A stretch of DNA of 64,000 nt from Octopus vulgaris (Eukaryota). The notes under the pieces are model-generated. The model worked only from the letters and a program-made list of their open reading frames with translations. It was not told where the DNA came from and did not search any database. Both the position numbers and the translations under genes were made by a program. Shown here piece after piece: positions 12,571 through 27,689 of the stretch. Each line of letters opens with the position of its first letter. Position 1 is the first letter of the stretch. The DNA lies in the NCBI GenBank assembly GCA_951406725.2, contig OX597826.1, positions 62,001 through 126,000 of the forward strand, written 5' to 3'.

Positions 12571-12979
12571 CATGTAGTAATCCATGCATAAATGCTGAAA
12601 TGCATGGTACTAAAATACATATATACAGTTATATATAACCGTACGAGCGTACATTGTTTGATATGTATGTACGTATGTGTAGATGTATATGAGTGTATGC
12701 GTGTGTGTATGTGCTGTGTGTTATGTATATTAGTGTATATGTACATGCATGCACATATGAGCATGTGTAAATATACATATGTATTATATATGCATGCATG
12801 TAAAAAATTAAAAAAAAGAATAAATATAATAAAGAATAAATATAATAAAAGAATAAATATAAAACGGCGGTGCATCAGCATGGCCGCAGCTCTGTGCTGA
12901 AACTAAAAAAAAAATAAATAAATAAAATAAAACAAGTTTGAATTTTAACCATTGTCCTTGGAAAAATTGTCATATATAT

Positions 12980-14031
12980 GTATACGAACAGCCATGCTAC
13001 ACGGCAGTGAAACATGGGCTGTGACTGCCGATGACATACGTAAGCTCGCACGGAATGAAGCCAGTATGACCTGAAGGGTGTGTAATGTCAGTGTGCATAC
13101 TCAACAGAGTGTAAGTACCTTGAGAGAAAAGTTGCACCTAAGAAGCATTAGATGTGGTGTGCAAGAGAGACGACTGCGCTGGTATGGTCATGTGGCAAGA
13201 ATGGATGAGGATAGCTGCGTGAAAAAGTGCCACACCCTAGCAGTTGAGGGAACCTGTGTAAGAGGTAGACCCAGGAAGACCTGGGATGAAGTGGTGAAGC
13301 ACAACCTCCGGACATTAGGCCTTACCAAGGAAATGACTAGCAACCGAGACTTTTGGAAATATGCTGTGCTCGAGAAGACGCGGCAAGCCAAATGAGACCA
13401 TAACCTGTGGCCTATGTCAGGAGCGTAACCAGCCCGCTTATGCGTACCTTTTCCTTCTTTGGTCACTAAACTCTGCTTACAAAGACCTGTTGAGGCAAGT
13501 GAAATCAAAATCAAAATCAATTCGATGACTGGCATTCGTGCTAGCGGGGTGCAAAGAGCACCATACGAGTGTTATCGTTGACAGAGCGGCTATTCGAGTA
13601 TGATCGTTACCAGCGTCGCCTTACTGGCACTTATGCCTGTACTAGTAGGGTGCCAAGAGCACCATCCGAGCATGATCGTTGCCAGAGCAGCCAACTAGCT
13701 TCCATGCCCGTGGTACGTAAAAGGGCACCATTCGAGCGTGATCATTACCAACGTCGCTTCACTGGCACCTGTGCCAGTGGCACGTGTAAAAAGATTCGAT
13801 CAAGGTCATTGCCAGTACTGCCTAACTGGCCCCCGTGCCAGTGGTACATAAAAAGCACCCACTACACTCTCGGAGTGGTTGGCGTTAGGAAGGGCATCCA
13901 GCTGTAGAAACTCTGCCGGATCAAGATTGGAGCCTGGTGCAGCCATCTGGCTTGCCAGCCATCAGTCAAAATCGTCCAACCCATGCTAGCATGGAAAGCG
14001 GACGTTAAACGATGATGATGATGATGATGAT
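12980..14031 (+). mobile_element. 5'-truncated RTE-clade LINE with repeat-containing 3' UTR and (GAT)n tail
   Basis: RTAMLHGSETWAV...QERRLRWYGHVARMDEDSCVKKC...RGRPRKTWDEVV; tail gatgatgatgat. Confidence 0.9.
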
Positions 14032-14041
14032 GTATGTGTGT

Positions 14042-14915
14042 AAAGTTAATAGTCTATAGATGTGCACAGAAACTGGGTGCAAGCATGCATATACGCATGT
14101 GTAAACACTGTGTTGTGCAGCAAAAGGAACAAACAGTACAAAATGTGTAACGAAAAGTGACAAAACCTGATTGGTAATGTCCTGTGTGAAAAGTCTATGC
14201 TGAAAAGTGAGAAAAGGTTAGTTCTCTTGGTTGGGTAGCTGTCCTAAGTGTTGCATTTATGTATGGCAACTGTTTCCCTCGTGTATCTGTGCATCGGGTT
14301 GCAGTACATGTGGAATGTAATTGGTGTGTGTCCATTGAGTCGGCGACTTCATGTTGTGTTGGGCGTGTGACGATGGAACTGAAAACTATGCGTCGTGAAA
14401 GTTCGTGTCCTATAATTCTAGTTGATGCGACTGGCACGGACTGTAATTGTTTTTAAGAGTTCATGCGATGCTGAAGCAGTAAGTCTTTGAAGTCGAGCTC
14501 ACCAAATGTAATGGATAAGGTAACGAAGACTGCAGTTCTGTGGCTCGGGGGTCAGCAACTGTGGCAGGGTTGTTGTGGGTAACCAGTTGTATCGTTGTGG
14601 TTGATGTATTCTAATAACGTCGGTCTGTCACCAATTGTCGATGCTCGATGCTGACAATAGAGAATGTGAAGGTGGCATTGTCACTTCTTCATTCCGGCCG
14701 ACTGTAGAAAAAGAGATATATCACTGTGACACCTATTGTTTTCGTGTGGTGTCTGTGTAGACGCGGAAAAGTTTTAAGTCAAATGGAAAACACATCAATT
14801 GACATAGCAAAGCCATGTGATGAAATTAACTCAAAGAACAATGCAATACATATGTACAACTAGCTCTAGTATGCTTGCACCCAGTTTCTGTGCACAACTA
14901 TAGACTATTAACTTT
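14042..14915. mobile_element. Unclassified 874-bp element with 45-bp terminal inverted repeats
   Basis: 14042-14086 is the reverse complement of 14871-14915 with 1 mismatch. No recognisable ORF and no clear TSD. Confidence 0.6.
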
Positions 14916-15317
14916 CTTTTTCCTTTGCATGCAACTCTTTTCTCATGAGAAGGATATCTCGGTACTATTAGCGAAAACTGGACCCGGTGCGCGCACACGC
15001 GCTAGCTAGTCGTAAGTTGTCGATCCTACAACGACTTGCGCGTATGCAAATGAGTTGATTTTACAGAATAAAATAAAAGAATCTTTTAAAGAAAGCAAAT
15101 AAATTATTTCTTAGAATAATGTATATGATTTTTTTACACAAATCAAATAAAGTGTGTGTGATATATTCTTTTAGTTTTCATATTCTTTAGTTTTTAATCA
15201 TGTGTGTGTGTGTATATATACACCGATACAAATAGATATTATATATGTGTTTATGTGTGATATATTCTTTTACTAGTTTTTAGCTTTTGGACAGCATCCA
15301 TAGTAGGTACATCATTC

Positions 15318-15381
<64 letters not shown>

Positions 15382-15869
15382 ATGTATATATATGTGTGTG
15401 TGTGTGTATATATGTGCATATGTGTGTGTATATATGTGTATATACATGTGTGTGTATGTGAGTATATATATATGTGTGAGTATATATATATGTTCGTTAA
15501 GTAAATTACTCACTTCTCCCCGCTCTGCTTAAATTCTGACCGTCCCTAAATTCCGACTGACCCTTGTTCGCTGTGCTCCCGCCCAAACCCACCCCCACCA
15601 CCAATACCGGATACCTCTCTATTCTCTCTCCTTCCCCCCTCCCTTGTCCCTATGAAACGAAGAGAAGCAAAAAGCTGCTGCTGCTGTTGCTGCTGCCATT
15701 ACTACTGCTATTACCACTGCCTCTGCTACTGCTGATAGTGATATTGCTGCTGCTACTACAACTGCTGCTGCTTCTGATGATGATGGATATCAGTGGTTGA
15801 AAATAAACATAAAATAAACGTAGGAAAAAGAATGAAAAATCTAATAATAATTTAACATTACTTGTAAAG

Positions 15870-18800
15870 GTAGTGGGTAGCGAACTTCTTCACTACTTCA
15901 GGGAGTGACGACCCTGCCTGACACGAGTTCCGGGCTCAGCTGGCTCCGGCTGGCAGTACCCGGTATGGGCCCCTATCCAGGGTTACAGAAAGGAGACAAC
16001 CTTCAAAGAAATCCGGAGTGGAGCCCCGAAGGCGGTCTAGCGTTCGACTCGACACTCTTCCGGCAGCTCCTGCAACCAAGCTGGTGCCAAACGTAATGCA
16101 CTGCACTCCTTTGGACTACATCAGCAAGGTCGAGAGAGAAAACCTGACGATTAGGCTACCCAGGACTTTCTTATCTCTAGCCCAGGCCTGCGCAAAACTG
16201 GAGAGGACACTTCAGTGCTGCTGTAAAAAGCTGCAGAAACAACACGGGAGGTAACAGTCACGAGTGATAAGTCCATTCAGATTGGCGTAAAATATGGGCG
16301 CTACGGGTTACCTCTGACGGTGGGAGGGACCTCCGTGTCCTATTGGTTATCTACTGCCCACCTCAAGCTGGGCAGCCCCAGTTAATAAGGTGCTGGGCAG
16401 CCCCCAGTTAATAAGGTGCTGACCCGCCACAGGCCGCCTGCTTCATTGGGTGCTTGGAGCTAAGAGTATGACTTGAAAAGCGGCCTGCAACCTCTGCACC
16501 AGGCAAACAACTAAAAGTCAAGAAAACACCAGTCCTGCAGTTGGCAAGCTGGAATGTCAGGACCATGTGCCCTGGAATATCTGATGATCTACTTAGGGTT
16601 GAAGACACAAGGAAAACGGCCATCATTGACCGTGAACTAAAGAGGCTCAACATAGACATTGCTGGGCTACAGGAGACAAGACTTCCCTCAAACGGCAAAC
16701 TCAAAGAGCAGGATTTCACCTTCTTTTGGCAGGGAAGAGATCCAGAAGAACCTCGTCAACATGGCGTTGGCTTTGCAGTGAGAAACTCACTACTCTCCTC
16801 AATAGAACCACCATCAGGAGGCACTGAGTGTATCCTCTCACTGCGCCTCTCGACTTCTTCTGACTCAGTACATCTACTCAGCATCTATGCTCCCACTCTC
16901 TACAGCTCAGAGGAGACCAAGGACCAGTTCTACAAAGATCTCAACTGTGTCACATTAAATATACCAACGACTGAAAATATCTACCTTCTAGGGGATTTTA
17001 ACGCTCGCGTGAGATCTGACCATGATTCGTGGCCCATTTGTGTTGGACACTTTGGTATTGGCAACATGAATGACAATGGTCAGAGACTACTCGAATTCCG
17101 CACATACCACAACCTGTGCATCACAAACACATTCTTTACCAACAAGCCATCCCACAAGACATCTTGGAGACATCCAAGATCTCACCACTGGCATTAGCTG
17201 GATCTCATCATTACACGGAGATCCTTCCTGAATTCTACTCTATTGACCCGCAGTTACCACAGCGCGGATTGTGACACGGACGACTCACTAATTAGAAGTA
17301 GGGTGAGGATTCTACCTAAAAAAGTCCATCGCTCCAAGAAAGTGGGCCGACCACGCATTAACACTGCCAGAACCTCGGACCCTACACTGCGAAAATGTTT
17401 TGCTGCTTCTATCAAGGTTGCCCTAGGTGGCTGCCCAACCTCCTCTGCTGAAAGTAGGTGGAACTATATCAGGGAAGCTTTGTATACGACATCAATAGAT
17501 ACGTTCGGCATGAGAGAAAGACAAAACTCAGATTGGTACAATGCTGGGCTCTCAGAGCTGGAGCCAGTTATCGAAGCAAAGCGTGCAGCTCTGATGCAAT
17601 CCAAGAGTGACTCTTCTACAAAGTCTCGAAGAACTCAGAAAGGCACGAAATAAAACCCAACTGACAGCCAGACGCTGTGCAAATATGTATTGGCAGGAAA
17701 TCTGTCAGCTGCTGACAGTGGCGACACCCGTGGGATGTATGCCGGTTTGAAGAAGGCCCTCGGTCCATCCGCAACCAAGTCAGCCCCTCTGAAATCAACT
17801 ACTGGAGATCTCACCAGGGATCAAAGCAAGCAAATGGATAGATGGGTGTAGCACTACCAGGATCTCTACTCACGGGAGACTACAGTGGCTGAGGCTGTAG
17901 TCGAGAGTGTCAAGATCTTGCCAGTCATGTGCGAACTTGACAGTCCGCCATCTATAGCAGAGCTCACCAAGGCTGTTGACTCCCTAGCAAGAAACAAGGC
18001 TCCGGGAAAAGACGGCATCCCCTCAGAGATCATCAAAGCCGGCAAAAACACCATCCTGCTTCGGCACCTTCATGAGCTTCTGTGTCAGTGCTGGGAAGAG
18101 GGTACAGTCCCTCAGGATATGCGGGATGCTAACATCATTACGCTTTACAAAAACAAAGGGGACCGTGGTGATTGTAACAATTACCGTAGAATATCTCTTC
18201 TAAGCACTGTTGGAAAGACCTTTGCCCGCGTTATCCTGGCCAGGCTACAACTACTTGCTTCTCGAATCTATCCGGAATCGCAGTGTGGCTTTAGAAGAAG
18301 CAGATCAACTATCGATATGATATTCTCCATACGCCAACTTCAGGAGAAGTCCAGAGAGCAGAGAATGCCATTATATATGACCTTCATTGATCTAACAAAG
18401 ACCTTTGATTCGGTAAGCAGAACAGGCCTCTTCACCCTGCTCTAAAAAATCGGATGTCCACCAAAGCTGCTGAGGATCATCAAGTCTTTCCATGATGACA
18501 TGCAAGGCACCATACAGCACAACGGTTCAACATCAGCCGCCTTCCAATTAAAAAACGGGGTAAAGCAAGGTTGTGTCCTCGCTCCTACATTGTTTGGCAT
18601 CTTCTTCTCGCTCTTACTCTCACATGCCTTTCAGACATCAGATGATGGAGTGTTTCTGTACAGTAGAAGTGACAGGAAACTGTTCAATCTCTCGCGCCTG
18701 CGTGCCAAGACCAAAATCAGAAACGTCCTGATCAAGGAGATGCTATTTGCTGATGATGCCGCTCTGGTATCACACACAGAAGAAGCCCTCCAAAGGCTCA

Positions 18801-19165
18801 TTAACTGTTTTGAGCAAGCATGTAACGACTTTGGCTTAGCTATCAGCCTTAAGAAGACCAACATCATGGGTCAGGCTACATCGGACATCCCAAACATACA
18901 TATTGGAGACCACAGATTACAAGAGGTGGAGAAGTTTACCTATCTGGGCTCTACCGTTACCTACAACCCATCCCTCGACGCTGAGCTCAATATACACTTT
19001 GGCAAGGCAGCTGCTGCGATGGCCCAACTCTCCAAACGGGCTTGAGACAACAATAAGCTGACCAAGACCACGAAAATGAAGATCTACCAGGCATGTGTAC
19101 TTAGCACTCTACTGTATGGAAGTGAGGCTTGGACGCTATACACACGCCAAGAGCGTCGCATAAAC
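15870..19165 (+). mobile_element. RTE/BovB-like LINE: 5' UTR, APE endonuclease and RT; pseudogenised and 3'-truncated
   Basis: ASWNVRTM, IAGLQETR, SIYAPT, LLGDFNAR, NKAPGKDGIP, CNNYRRISLL, PESQCGFR, FIDLTKTFD, GVKQGCVLAP, LFADD and YLGS motifs across ORFs 16541-19045. Confidence 0.95.
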
Positions 19166-21155
<1,990 letters not shown>

Positions 21156-22182
21156 GTGTGTGTGTGTAGGCGTGCGTGTGTGTTACAGTTAGACAGTTAC
21201 TGTGTTATACGGTCTTTACTCTGAGTTTGATGGGAACACTCGAACACATGTTTAATCGATCACATAAGTGAATGTTTAGTCACATGTGACTTAAAAACTG
21301 GGTCATTGTTAGTCTTCGTGAAGTTTAGTTCTGAGTTGGACGAACCAGGTCATGTAATGAAAATTGCTGCATGCAACGAGTATAAATTGCTGAAAGGTAT
21401 AAAGCTTTAGTATTTATGTAAATAATTAACTTCCATTCGCCAAAGAGTTATCACCTCAATTCCTCAGACGCTGTTTTTCGAGGTAATTTATTGAAATAAG
21501 CCCTGTGAAATACTGCTCTATTACAAGAAAACTCAGAGAAAAGTCTATATGTACATAATCTACAGGACAATTTTTCATTTTATTGTGGAGATGTCATGCC
21601 CTTGTACCTAAAGCTTCCAAATGAAACTGGACAGCCAAGTGCAGCTTTCTTTGTGCTCATCAGAAAGCGAAAATAAATACTGAGCCCCTATAAAATATCC
21701 ATCAAATACCATCTTACCACCTCAGCAAAACAGATCCGTTGGATAATTCAGTTCTAGATATGATGCGCTATGTCTGCAAAAATGGCGTGATTGTTACTGT
21801 TCATATGATCAGAGGTGTTCTCAGTCACAGCGGAATTGTGGTTCAATAACAGACAACAACGACACACACACAAAGGAAAAATAATAGAGAAAACTCAAAA
21901 CACTGTATAGGCATGCGTATATTTCTTTCTTTATTTCTTTCTACATATGGTCATGTGACACACCAAATGTCCTTTTCAACAAATTTCTGGTTTTACTGAA
22001 AAAGAAACTTATTATTTCCTTGTTTATCCAATTTTAATACACACGTAATTTCGCGTTTTACCATTCTTCTTCTGATATCTTTTATCAAATAACTCCTATT
22101 CACACACACACGCACACACACGCGCGCGCGCAGGAGAGAGAGAGAGAGAGAGAAAGAAAGGAGTAGAGGGGATAAAAATTGC

Positions 22183-22252
22183 AATAATAATAATAATAAT
22201 AATGATGATGATGATGATGATGATGATGATAATAATAATAATAATAATAATA

Positions 22253-22318
<66 letters not shown>

Positions 22319-22323
22319 TAATA

Positions 22324-22380
<57 letters not shown>
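22183..22380. repeat. (TAA)n/(TGA)n compound microsatellite
   Basis: Direct reading. Confidence 0.95.
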
Positions 22381-22382
<2 letters not shown>

Positions 22383-23530
22383 CAATTATAAAATTCATAG
22401 GGCACTCTATGAATAAATGGCAAACAGTGCTACACCTCCAAACAAAAGAGGGACTCATGAAAACCAAAGACATCCCCATTAGAAGAGGAATATTCCAGGG
22501 AGACACGCTTTCTCCACTCCTTTTCTGCTTGGCACTGTCACCTCTATCTGATATGCTAAATAGAACTGGATGAGGATATAAATATTACGGCAAAACGATC
22601 AGCCACCTTTTATATATGGATGACCTAAAACTATACGCTGCGAATGACAAACAGCTGGAAACACTATTAAAGACAGTTCATGGATTTATCAAAGAAATAG
22701 ATATGAAATTTGGATTAGAAAAATGCGCCAAAGTAACCATGAAAAGAGGAAAACTAGTTAAGAGTAGCAACATCACACTAGATAAAACCAATGAAATAAA
22801 AGAATTAGACCAAAGCCAAACTTACAAATACTTAGGAATCCATGAACTAGATAAGACACAACACACACAAATGAAAGAGAAAATAAAAAAGAATATTATA
22901 GACGAGTTAGATCAATACTAAAAACAGAGCTCAATGCTAAAAACAAGATAATAGGTATTAACACTTTAGCTGTCCCAGTTATAAGTTACAGCTACAATAT
23001 CCTTAACTGGACACTAAATGAACTGACCAAAATAGATAGGAAAACAAGAAAAATAATGACAGGATCTAGGATGCATCACCCAAAATCTGACATAGAAAGA
23101 CTATATATACAACGTATAGAAGGTGGTAGAGGCCTTATACAACTGGAAAACTACTATAAAATAACCACCATAGGACTGCAAAAATATCTACTTCAGAAGG
23201 AAGGAAAACTGATACAAATAGCGGCAAAACACGAGCAAAACAAAAACTGTTCTCAGTATTTAAGGAAGCTGACAAATACAAACAAGAAATCATACCACCT
23301 AATAAATATGAAGAAGATGAAGAAGAAGAAGAAGAAGAAGAAGAAGAAGAAGAAGAAGAAGAAGAAGAAGAAGAAGAAGAAGAAGATAAAGAAACAACAA
23401 AAGCTATAAAACAAATGAAATCCAAACTAAAAATAGAACAGCAACGAACCATGATAAAACGATGGCAAGAAAAGCCCCTTCATGGTAAATACTGGACTAG
23501 ACTAAACGCAAAAGAAATAGACAAAGAAAA
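22381..23530 (+). mobile_element. R4/Dong retrotransposon family A, RT core to thumb fragment
   Basis: RRGIFQGDTLSPLLFCLAL, HLLYMDDLKLYA, KFGLEKCA, YKYLGI, GGRGLIQ and WQEKPLHGKY. Internal (GAA)n expansion. Confidence 0.9.
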
Positions 23531-25086
23531 CCACAAGAAGACCACAAATTCAGTCGTGTTAGATGTTGACACAGTCATAAGAGAGCTTGAGCAAGAACAA
23601 ACATACAAATATTTAGGGATAAATGAAGGCTCTGGTATTCAGCATGCAAGCATGAAAGAGAAAATCAGGAAGGAATGTTATAGGAGAGTTCGTGCAGTCC
23701 TGAAATCTGAACTAAATGCACGTAACAAGGTGTTAGCTATAAATTCCTTAGCAGTTCAAGTTGTTACTTATAGCTACAATGTGTTGAACTGGAATATGAG
23801 TGAAGTAAAGAATATAGATAGGAAAATACGCAAGCTGCTGAGTTGTAATAGGATGCACCACCCTAAAGCAGACGTAGATCGCCTTTACCTTCCCAGAGCC
23901 CAAGGAGGTCGAGGCCTGATCCAATTTGAACTAGCTTACAAAACAACCACAATTGGACTGGCCAAATATCTCGATATATCGAATGACTGGATGCTAAAGC
24001 TCGTGGAAAATCACGAGAGACGAAAGAAGCTTCATTCTATCATAAAGGAAAGCAAAAAATTTGCTATTGATCTCGTGCAGGATACCCAAACTGAACAACT
24101 ATTGTTGCAAAGAAGGTGAAAATGATGGCAATGAAAAAGCGCACGAGCAATTGGCTGATAGGTGGGAGGAGAAACCTCTGCACGGCAAATATGTGACCCG
24201 CAGCAAACAAGCTGATGTTGACCAGAAGCAAACCCATCAGTGGCTACGGAGCTCAGGGCTAAAAGCAGAGAGCGAAGGTTTCATCCTGGCTGCTCAAGAT
24301 CAAAGCCTATTAACTCGGAACTACCAGACCAATGTGATGAAAAATGGAGCAGACCCAAAATGCCGATTCTGCAACGACATGATTGAAACAGTGGACCACC
24401 TAATCTCTGGATGTAAAGTCTTAGCACCAGTGGAGTATAAATTAAGACATGACAGAGTTGGCCAATATCTCCACTGGCTAATAAGTCGGCATTACAATAT
24501 CAAAACTGCCGACAAGTGGTATAATCACCACCCTGAGGCTGTAACTGAAGGAGAAAATGTAACCATTCTGTGGGACTTTCCAGTACATACAGACCGAACC
24601 ATCAAGGCCAATAAACCAGATATTGTTGTGAAAGACCAAAACAATAAAGTTTGCTTATTGATCGACATGAGCATCCCCTGTGATCATAATATCTCAGCGA
24701 AAGAGTTTGACAAGCTCAGAAAATATAAAGACCTACTCATTGAAATTGAGAAAATGTGGCATCTCAAGGCGGTTACAATACCAGTGATCGTAGGAGCACT
24801 AGGAATGATCAAGAAGGGAACCGAAAATTATATGAGAATGATCCCTGCAAGAAGTGAAAAGATTGTCTTAACTGGTACATCACACGTATTGAGAAGAGCA
24901 TTGTCGATGTGAGAACTGTTGCTGCTCATGTATTTTAATTTAACTTTAAAAAAAAAAAATAATAAAAAAATGAACGAACTACTGAGTTTGGTTTAATGGC
25001 CTACCAATGTATACTATGAGTTTCTTTGCCCTAGGAAGACACTCGGCAAGAAATGATAGCAAATTTGAAAGAAGAAGAAAAAAAAA

Positions 25087-25087
<1 letters not shown>
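23531..25087 (+). mobile_element. R4/Dong retrotransposon family B, 3' part with CCHC knuckle, restriction-like endonuclease and 3' UTR
   Basis: YKYLGINE, GGRGLIQ, CRFC..ETVDHLISGC, RHD, KPDIVV..IDMSIP..K..KY. Followed by (TAA)n. Confidence 0.92.
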
Positions 25088-25119
<32 letters not shown>

Positions 25120-25153
25120 GTGGCTCTCATGGCTGCTGATCTTAACTGATTGG

Positions 25154-25277
<124 letters not shown>

Positions 25278-25826
25278 GAGTGAGAGAGCAGTGCATGCCA
25301 TCAAAGTGACACTGGGGTAAAAATATACGTAGCCCAGTATACCCATCATGACTACCCGTCTGATAAGGGTACACCAAGCACATGCATCACAACAATATGT
25401 GCGTGACATGATCTCATATCAAGAGTAGCAGCGCATGACCTTGCAGGTGGGGCGTAGTCAGAATTTTCTTCAGGTTGAGTAGCCCATCCCGTTCAAAAAG
25501 TCCCTGAATAAGGGCTGTTTAAGGATCTTGAACGAAACACCCATGTTTCCAAAGGTGAATTATCCAAACCCCAGAGAATTGCTTTCAACATGTGGCTATG
25601 ATGCTCCCCCACTACTTCTGCTCGTGATCAGGGATGCACGCATCGTCAGCTACTAAGGGACATGCTCAACTGGTTAAGGTCAAACAACTGACAAGCAATT
25701 CTGTGATACTGAGCAGAATATTTGCTGTAGCCCCATCTTTTATACCAAGACAAAACAATGTACATGATAACACTTCCAATCACTTAAGATCAGAAGCCAT
25801 TAGAGTCACTGCCTGGTACTGCATCG
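25278..25826 (-). mobile_element. Non-coding interspersed repeat with (TAA)n tail (SINE-like, possibly Dong-mobilised)
   Basis: The minus strand ends in a long (TAA)n (25159-25277). A 40-bp piece of its 5' region recurs inverted at ~25119-25161. Confidence 0.55.
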
Positions 25827-26128
25827 TGTGAGTGTGTGTGCGTGTGTGTGTGCATTTGAATGGTAGGGGAGGACAAGATTTCTAATGCTTATTTGAGATT
25901 TATATGTCGTACACCTTACTATGTTACAATCCAATTTTCATTACAACTGGCTCCCTGTTTCCAGCTGCCGCAACCCATTCAGTTCTTTTGCATAGACGAG
26001 GCATGCTCTGATATTGGTTAGACTAAAATGTTGTTAAATATTTGAAATAACAAGAAAAAAAGACTTGGTAGCATTTAAGCATTCACTTCATTGGTCATAA
26101 GGACGGGATGTTCCCTCTTTATTACTAT

Positions 26129-26220
26129 TCAAGCAGATCCGTGGGTTTGCATGAAAGTTCCCAGTACAAGGGCCGGAAGGAAAACGGACATCATCGATGC
26201 TTTTGGGAAATTAGATTCAT
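26129..26220 (-). CDS. Candidate last coding exon of a small host gene (hydrophobic C-terminus, GPI-signal-like)
   Basis: Strong acceptor tttatattttttcAG. Phase-1 frame (N)ESNFPKASMMSVFLPALVLGTFMQTHGSA*; AATAAA lies just after the stop. Phase matches exon 49637-49752. Confidence 0.5.
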
Positions 26221-26309
26221 CTGAAAAAATATAAAAGTAAATATAAAAGAAAATAATAATTTGAGAAAAATATAATTTTCTTTTCAATTTTTTATTTGCA
26301 AAGCGTAGT

Positions 26310-27160
26310 ACTAATTCTATCGATCTCTTATGCGAACCGCTAAGTTACGGAGAAGTAAACACACTAACAGCTGTTGTCAAATGATGGTTGGGGGACAAAC
26401 ATATATACAATGACACACAAACACATTCGACGGGCTTCTTTCAGTTTCTTATTTCTTGTGTTTGTCCCCTCTATGTTTAGCCCACAAGGGGCTAAACATA
26501 GAGAGACAAACAAAGACAGACACAGGGATTAAGTCGATTGCATCGACCCCAGAGCGTAACTGGTACTTAATTTATTGACCTCGAGAGGATGAAAGGCAAA
26601 GTCGACCTCGGCGGAATTTGAACTCAGAACATAGCGGCAGACGAAATACCTATTTCTTTGCAACCCACAAGGGGCTAAACACAGAGAGGACAAACAAGGA
26701 CAGGCAAACGGATTAAGTCGATTATATCGACCCCAGTGTGTAACTGGTACTTATTTAATCGACCCCGAAAGGATGAAAGGCAAAGTCGACCTCGGCGGAA
26801 TTTGAACACAACGTAGCGGCAGACGAAATACCTATTTCATTATTACCCACAAGGGGCTAAACACAGAGGGGACAAACAAGGACAGACATAGGTATTAAGT
26901 CGATTACATCGACCCCAGTGCGTAACTGGTACTTAATTTATCGACCCCGAAAGGATGAAAGGCAAAGTCGACCTCGGTGGAATTTGAACTCACAACGTAA
27001 CGGCAGCCGAAATACCGCTAGGCGTTTCGCCTGGCGTGCTAACGTTTTTGCCAGCTCGCCGCCTTTCAGTTTCTGTTAGCCAAATCCACTCACAAGGCTT
27101 TGGTAAGCTCGTGGGATTGCAAGTGGTAAGCAGTGGGATTGAACCTGGAATCATGTGAAA
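26310..27160 (-). mobile_element. Nested SINEs: tandem multimer of tRNA-derived SINE family 1 (~26450-27063) inside a family 2 SINE
   Basis: Three ~180-bp repeats of the gcctttcatcctttcggggtcgataaa-type core. The flanks are two halves of the family 2 consensus seen at 51650-52097. Confidence 0.8.
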
Positions 27161-27616
27161 CTTTTGAAGTTAAAATTATCAGTTAAATCTTGAAATCACA
27201 CGCTACCGTCTTAAAAAGGAGAATTATAAATTATATGGTTCTAGATATAAATATTTAGAAAGAAAAAAATGGGAATACCTTTCATCGTAAGATAGATTGA
27301 CCCCCATCAGTGAGGAGTTTGGGCTAAGCAACAACAACAACATAAAGTTTTTAATTTTTCAGTGCGTTAAATAATTTTTCATCATACCGAACTATACTTG
27401 AGGGCCTTACCATTCTTGTGTATCATATTCTATATACTAAGTAGAATGTCATGTTTTAATCGGTCTCAGCACACCTCTTTTTGGGGTGGTGGAGTTGGTG
27501 TACCCTGTTTTTTTTTGGCGGGGTGGGATTCTTTGACCCAGTATTAATTTTCTTTCCGCAATATAATTTGTACTTATAAACACACACAAACATACACACA
27601 CGCACACGACACACAC

Positions 27617-27683
<67 letters not shown>

Positions 27684-27689
27684 CAACTG

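Noticed and set aside
13560-13850. CRISPR-like spaced repeats (gagcatgatcgttgccag variants)
   Set aside because: Degenerate tandem repeats in an RTE 3' UTR; spacers are not unique, there are no cas genes and the context is eukaryotic.
15672-15785. Poly-Leu ORF 15564-15800 and the many YIYI/CVCV/HTHT/poly-I/Y/N ORFs across the window
   Set aside because: Translations of (CTG)n, (TA)n, (TG)n, (TATG)n and (TAA)n microsatellites.
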